64,000 bases of DNA from Actinomycetota bacterium. GTDB taxonomy: Bacteria > Actinomycetota > UBA4738 > HRBIN12. The stretch covers positions 13,211 through 77,210 of the forward strand of contig JBGGNG010000186.1 in NCBI GenBank assembly GCA_041287635.1. The letters run 5' to 3'. Position 1 is the first letter of the stretch. Each line of letters begins with the position of its first letter. Below are positions 59,488-64,000 of this stretch, piece after piece. Position numbers and translations under genes: made by a program. Below the pieces are notes generated by a model that was not told the DNA's origin, did not search any database, and worked only from the letters and a program-made list of their open reading frames with translations.

Positions 59488-60114
59488 TCAGGGCAGATCG
59501 ATCTCGATCGGTCGATCGGCCCCGCGAGCGGTGATCGCGAGCCGCACCTGGCTCTTCGCGGCCGGGTACGTCATCACGGTGCCTCGTCGCGACTCCTCGT
59601 CGAAGCCCTCGTCCACCAGGGGCAGCAACACGTCGTCCGCCGCGATCGAGAGGCCGAGCCGAGCCGGTGCCTCGTACGACACGCGGACGCCGTCGGGCGC
59701 GCAGTCGACCTGCAGGATCGTCACGGTCGTGGCTCCGGCCTCGATCGCGCGTCCGACCGACGCAGAACCCCGTCGCATGGAACCGCGAGGCCACGCCACG
59801 ACGAACCGGTCGCCGGGATGCACCACCCCGGCGTCGCCGTCGATCGTGACGTCGAGCTCGAGGCGGTACCACCCGGGGGCCAGGTCGAGCAGCGGCACCT
59901 CGAACGGGACGAACAGGTCGAGGTGCGGCGCGACGTCGAGGGTCACCGGCTCGACCCCCATCGGCTGGCCTACCCGACCGGCGAGCTCGGCGACCCGGGC
60001 GGCCTCGATACGCACCTGATGCGGATCGGCGTCGTCCCCCCGCAGGACGAACGCGCCCTTGAGGGTTGCCGGGAACCGCTCGAAGTGCGCGCGGATCGAG
60101 ACGCGGCCGTCCAC
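59488..60114 (-). CDS. Hypothetical protein
   Basis: 208-aa ORF filling the space between ahcY and comF, host-like codon usage, beta-rich. Confidence 0.7.
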   Translation of the reverse strand: MDGRVSIRAHFERFPATLKGAFVLRGDDADPHQVRIEAARVAELAGRVGQPMGVEPVTLDVAPHLDLFVPFEVPLLDLAPGWYRLELDVTIDGDAGVVHPGDRFVVAWPRGSMRRGSASVGRAIEAGATTVTILQVDCAPDGVRVSYEAPARLGLSIAADDVLLPLVDEGFDEESRRGTVMTYPAAKSQVRLAITARGADRPIEIDLP

Positions 60115-60116
60115 GG

Positions 60117-62213
<2,097 letters not shown>

Positions 62214-62217
<4 letters not shown>

Positions 62218-63281
62218 CGCGACCGGGCTCCATCGAGGAACGACTTCAGTCGGTCGATCGCCAGGATCGGCGAAGGATCGACGCCCCGGCGCAGGCCCAC
62301 GTAGCAGCTCACGAAGTCGCCCATGATCGCAAGCGACATGAAGCGTGCGAGCACGCTCCGCCCGGTCGCCCAGACCTCCTCGGTGATCACCCCGGCGTCG
62401 CGGGCGATCTCGAGGGAGATCGGGAACCGCACCGCCACGTCCTCGTGTTCCCCCTCGTGCCGAAGCGCCACGACGAAGGATGAGGCGCCGCCGTCGGCGT
62501 GCCACCCGACGACCTCGTTGTGGTTGAGCTCGGGCAGGGCTGCCGACCAGGCGGGCACCTTCCCGTTCTCGTTCAACTGAGTCTTCCACCGTGCGGCGGC
62601 GACCGCACCGAGGCCGTCGGCGCCCCAGACGACCGGTTGACGATGCCCGATGCGCTCGGCGAGGGCCTTCGCTTCGTTGCGCTCCGTCGGCCGATCAGGC
62701 CCGAACACCTCGACGAGCTGGTCGAGCTCGCCGGTCGCCTCGTCGACGTCGCCGGCGAGACTCGGCAAGAGCCCCACTGCCTCCATCGCCCCGAGCAGCG
62801 ACAACGCGAGGTAGCCGAGCGCCGCTCGAGGCATGAACCCACCGGGGATGCGAACGACCCCGAGCCCGAGCTCGTCTGCGCGGGCGGCCAGCGTGCCACC
62901 CGAGGTGATCGGCAGCACGCGGCACCCGCGGGCGACCGCCTCCTCGAAGCTCGCCAGCGTCTCGGCCGTGTTCCCGGAGTAGGACGAGACCACGACCAGC
63001 GTGCGCGGCCCGGCGTACGCGGGGAGCTGAGGGCTCCGGTTCACGTCGACCGGCACGATGAGCCGATCGCGGAAGAGCGACCGGAGCACGTCGCCGGCGA
63101 CGGCCGAGCCCCCCATGCCGCAGAACGTCACGGCCGTCACGCCGTCAGCAGATGCCAGGCCATCGGCCTCCACACCGGCCGCGTAGCCCTCGCGTGCGTG
63201 TCGTGGCATCGAGGCCACCGCGCCGAGCATCTCGCCCGCGTCGAGGGCCTGGATCGCCTCGACGTCGTTCAGATCGGTCAC
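62214..63281 (-). CDS. Bifunctional phosphoglucose/phosphomannose isomerase
   Basis: GMGGSA, SYSGNTAET, PRAA, RWKTQLNENGK, PELNHNE. Confidence 0.92.
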
Positions 63282-63514
63282 CTGGCCCCCGGCTTCTGGC
63301 CCGGCTTCTGGCCCGGCTTCTGGCCCGGCTTCTGGCCCGGCTTCTGGCCCGGCTTCTCGGCCTCGTCGATCAACATCACCGGGATGTCGTCGCGGATCGG
63401 GTACCGATATCCGCACGTGGCGCAGACGAGCACCTGATCGGCCTCGCGATAGTCGAGATCGCCCCGGTCGTTGGGGCACACAAGGATCTCCAGCAGCTGA
63501 GGATCGAGGGTCAC
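63278..63514 (-). CDS. Trm112 family protein with KPGQ repeat tail
   Basis: LLEILVCP, L.C..C...YPIRDDIPVMLIDEA. Confidence 0.9.
   Translation of the reverse strand: MTLDPQLLEILVCPNDRGDLDYREADQVLVCATCGYRYPIRDDIPVMLIDEAEKPGQKPGQKPGQKPGQKPGQKPGAR
63288..63357. repeat. Perfect 12-bp tandem repeat (cccggcttctgg), 5 copies plus 10 bp
   Basis: Read directly from the sequence; encodes (KPGQ)5-KPG. Confidence 0.95.
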
Positions 63515-63542
63515 GATGCCTCCTTCTCGTCGGGGGCAGGTC

Positions 63543-64000
63543 TCACGCGTCGCCGTCGCCTCGGATCAACGCGAGCACCTCGGCCGTCTTCTCGGCCAGC
63601 AGTTCGGGGGTACGCGCCTCCGCGTTGAGCCTGAGCAGCGGCTCGGTGTTCGACGGGCGCACGTTGCACCACCAGTCGTCGAACTCTACTGTCAGGCCGT
63701 CGAGCCGATCCTGACGACCGTCCGCGTAGTGGGAGGAGATCGCCTCGATGCGACCCTGCTGATCATCGACGACCGAGTTGATCTCGCCCGAGTCCGAGTA
63801 GCGGCGCAACGGGGCCAAGAGCTCCGACAGCGGACGATCGGCCTTGGAGAGCTCTCCCAGCGCGGCGACCGCCGCGATCAGCCCCGAGTCGGCGCGGTAG
63901 TTGTCACGGAAGTAGTAATGCCCGGAGTGCTCCCCGCCGAAGATCGCCCCGGTCTCGGCCATCACCTGCTTGATGAACGAGTGACCGACCCGGGTGCGTA
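63543..64000 (-). CDS. Phosphomannomutase/phosphoglucomutase (5' part outside the window)
   Basis: TRVGHSFIK, GGEHSGHYYF, SGEIN, RPSNTEPLLRLN. Confidence 0.92.
   Translation of the reverse strand, partial: RTRVGHSFIKQVMAETGAIFGGEHSGHYYFRDNYRADSGLIAAVAALGELSKADRPLSELLAPLRRYSDSGEINSVVDDQQGRIEAISSHYADGRQDRLDGLTVEFDDWWCNVRPSNTEPLLRLNAEARTPELLAEKTAEVLALIRGDGDA

Noticed and set aside
63288-63357. CRISPR array
   Set aside because: Head-to-tail 12-mers without spacers, inside a CDS, and no cas genes

Overview
High-GC, gene-dense bacterial chromosome segment, most consistent with a deep-branching Actinomycetota lineage. Support for that placement: actinobacterial order pmm-trm112-pgi/pmi-pnp-ahcY-comF-hpf-RR-secA-prfB-ftsEX-smpB-ssrA, a retained prfB frameshift, a bifunctional PGI/PMI and many apparently leaderless genes. 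The right third is core genome, with tmRNA and a raiA-motif ncRNA whose promoter and 5' end lie inside comF. The left two thirds hold lon, ABC/MFS transporters, a PEP-dikinase-like module, a CstR-like persulfide operon with a perfect operator, an osmoprotectant ABC system, a paired phytoene-desaturase-like/GcvT-like cluster, aconitase X and a large cyclase. Most notable observations: (1) a circularly permuted PafA-type phosphatase with an internal twin-arginine motif after two TM helices; (2) prfB with both the programmed CTT-TGA frameshift and an in-frame TAG just before GGQ; (3) raiA RNA upstream of a short HPF; (4) a candidate N-demethylation module. No integrase, transposase, prophage or CRISPR array was seen. 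All calls come from reading motifs by eye; no searches were run.
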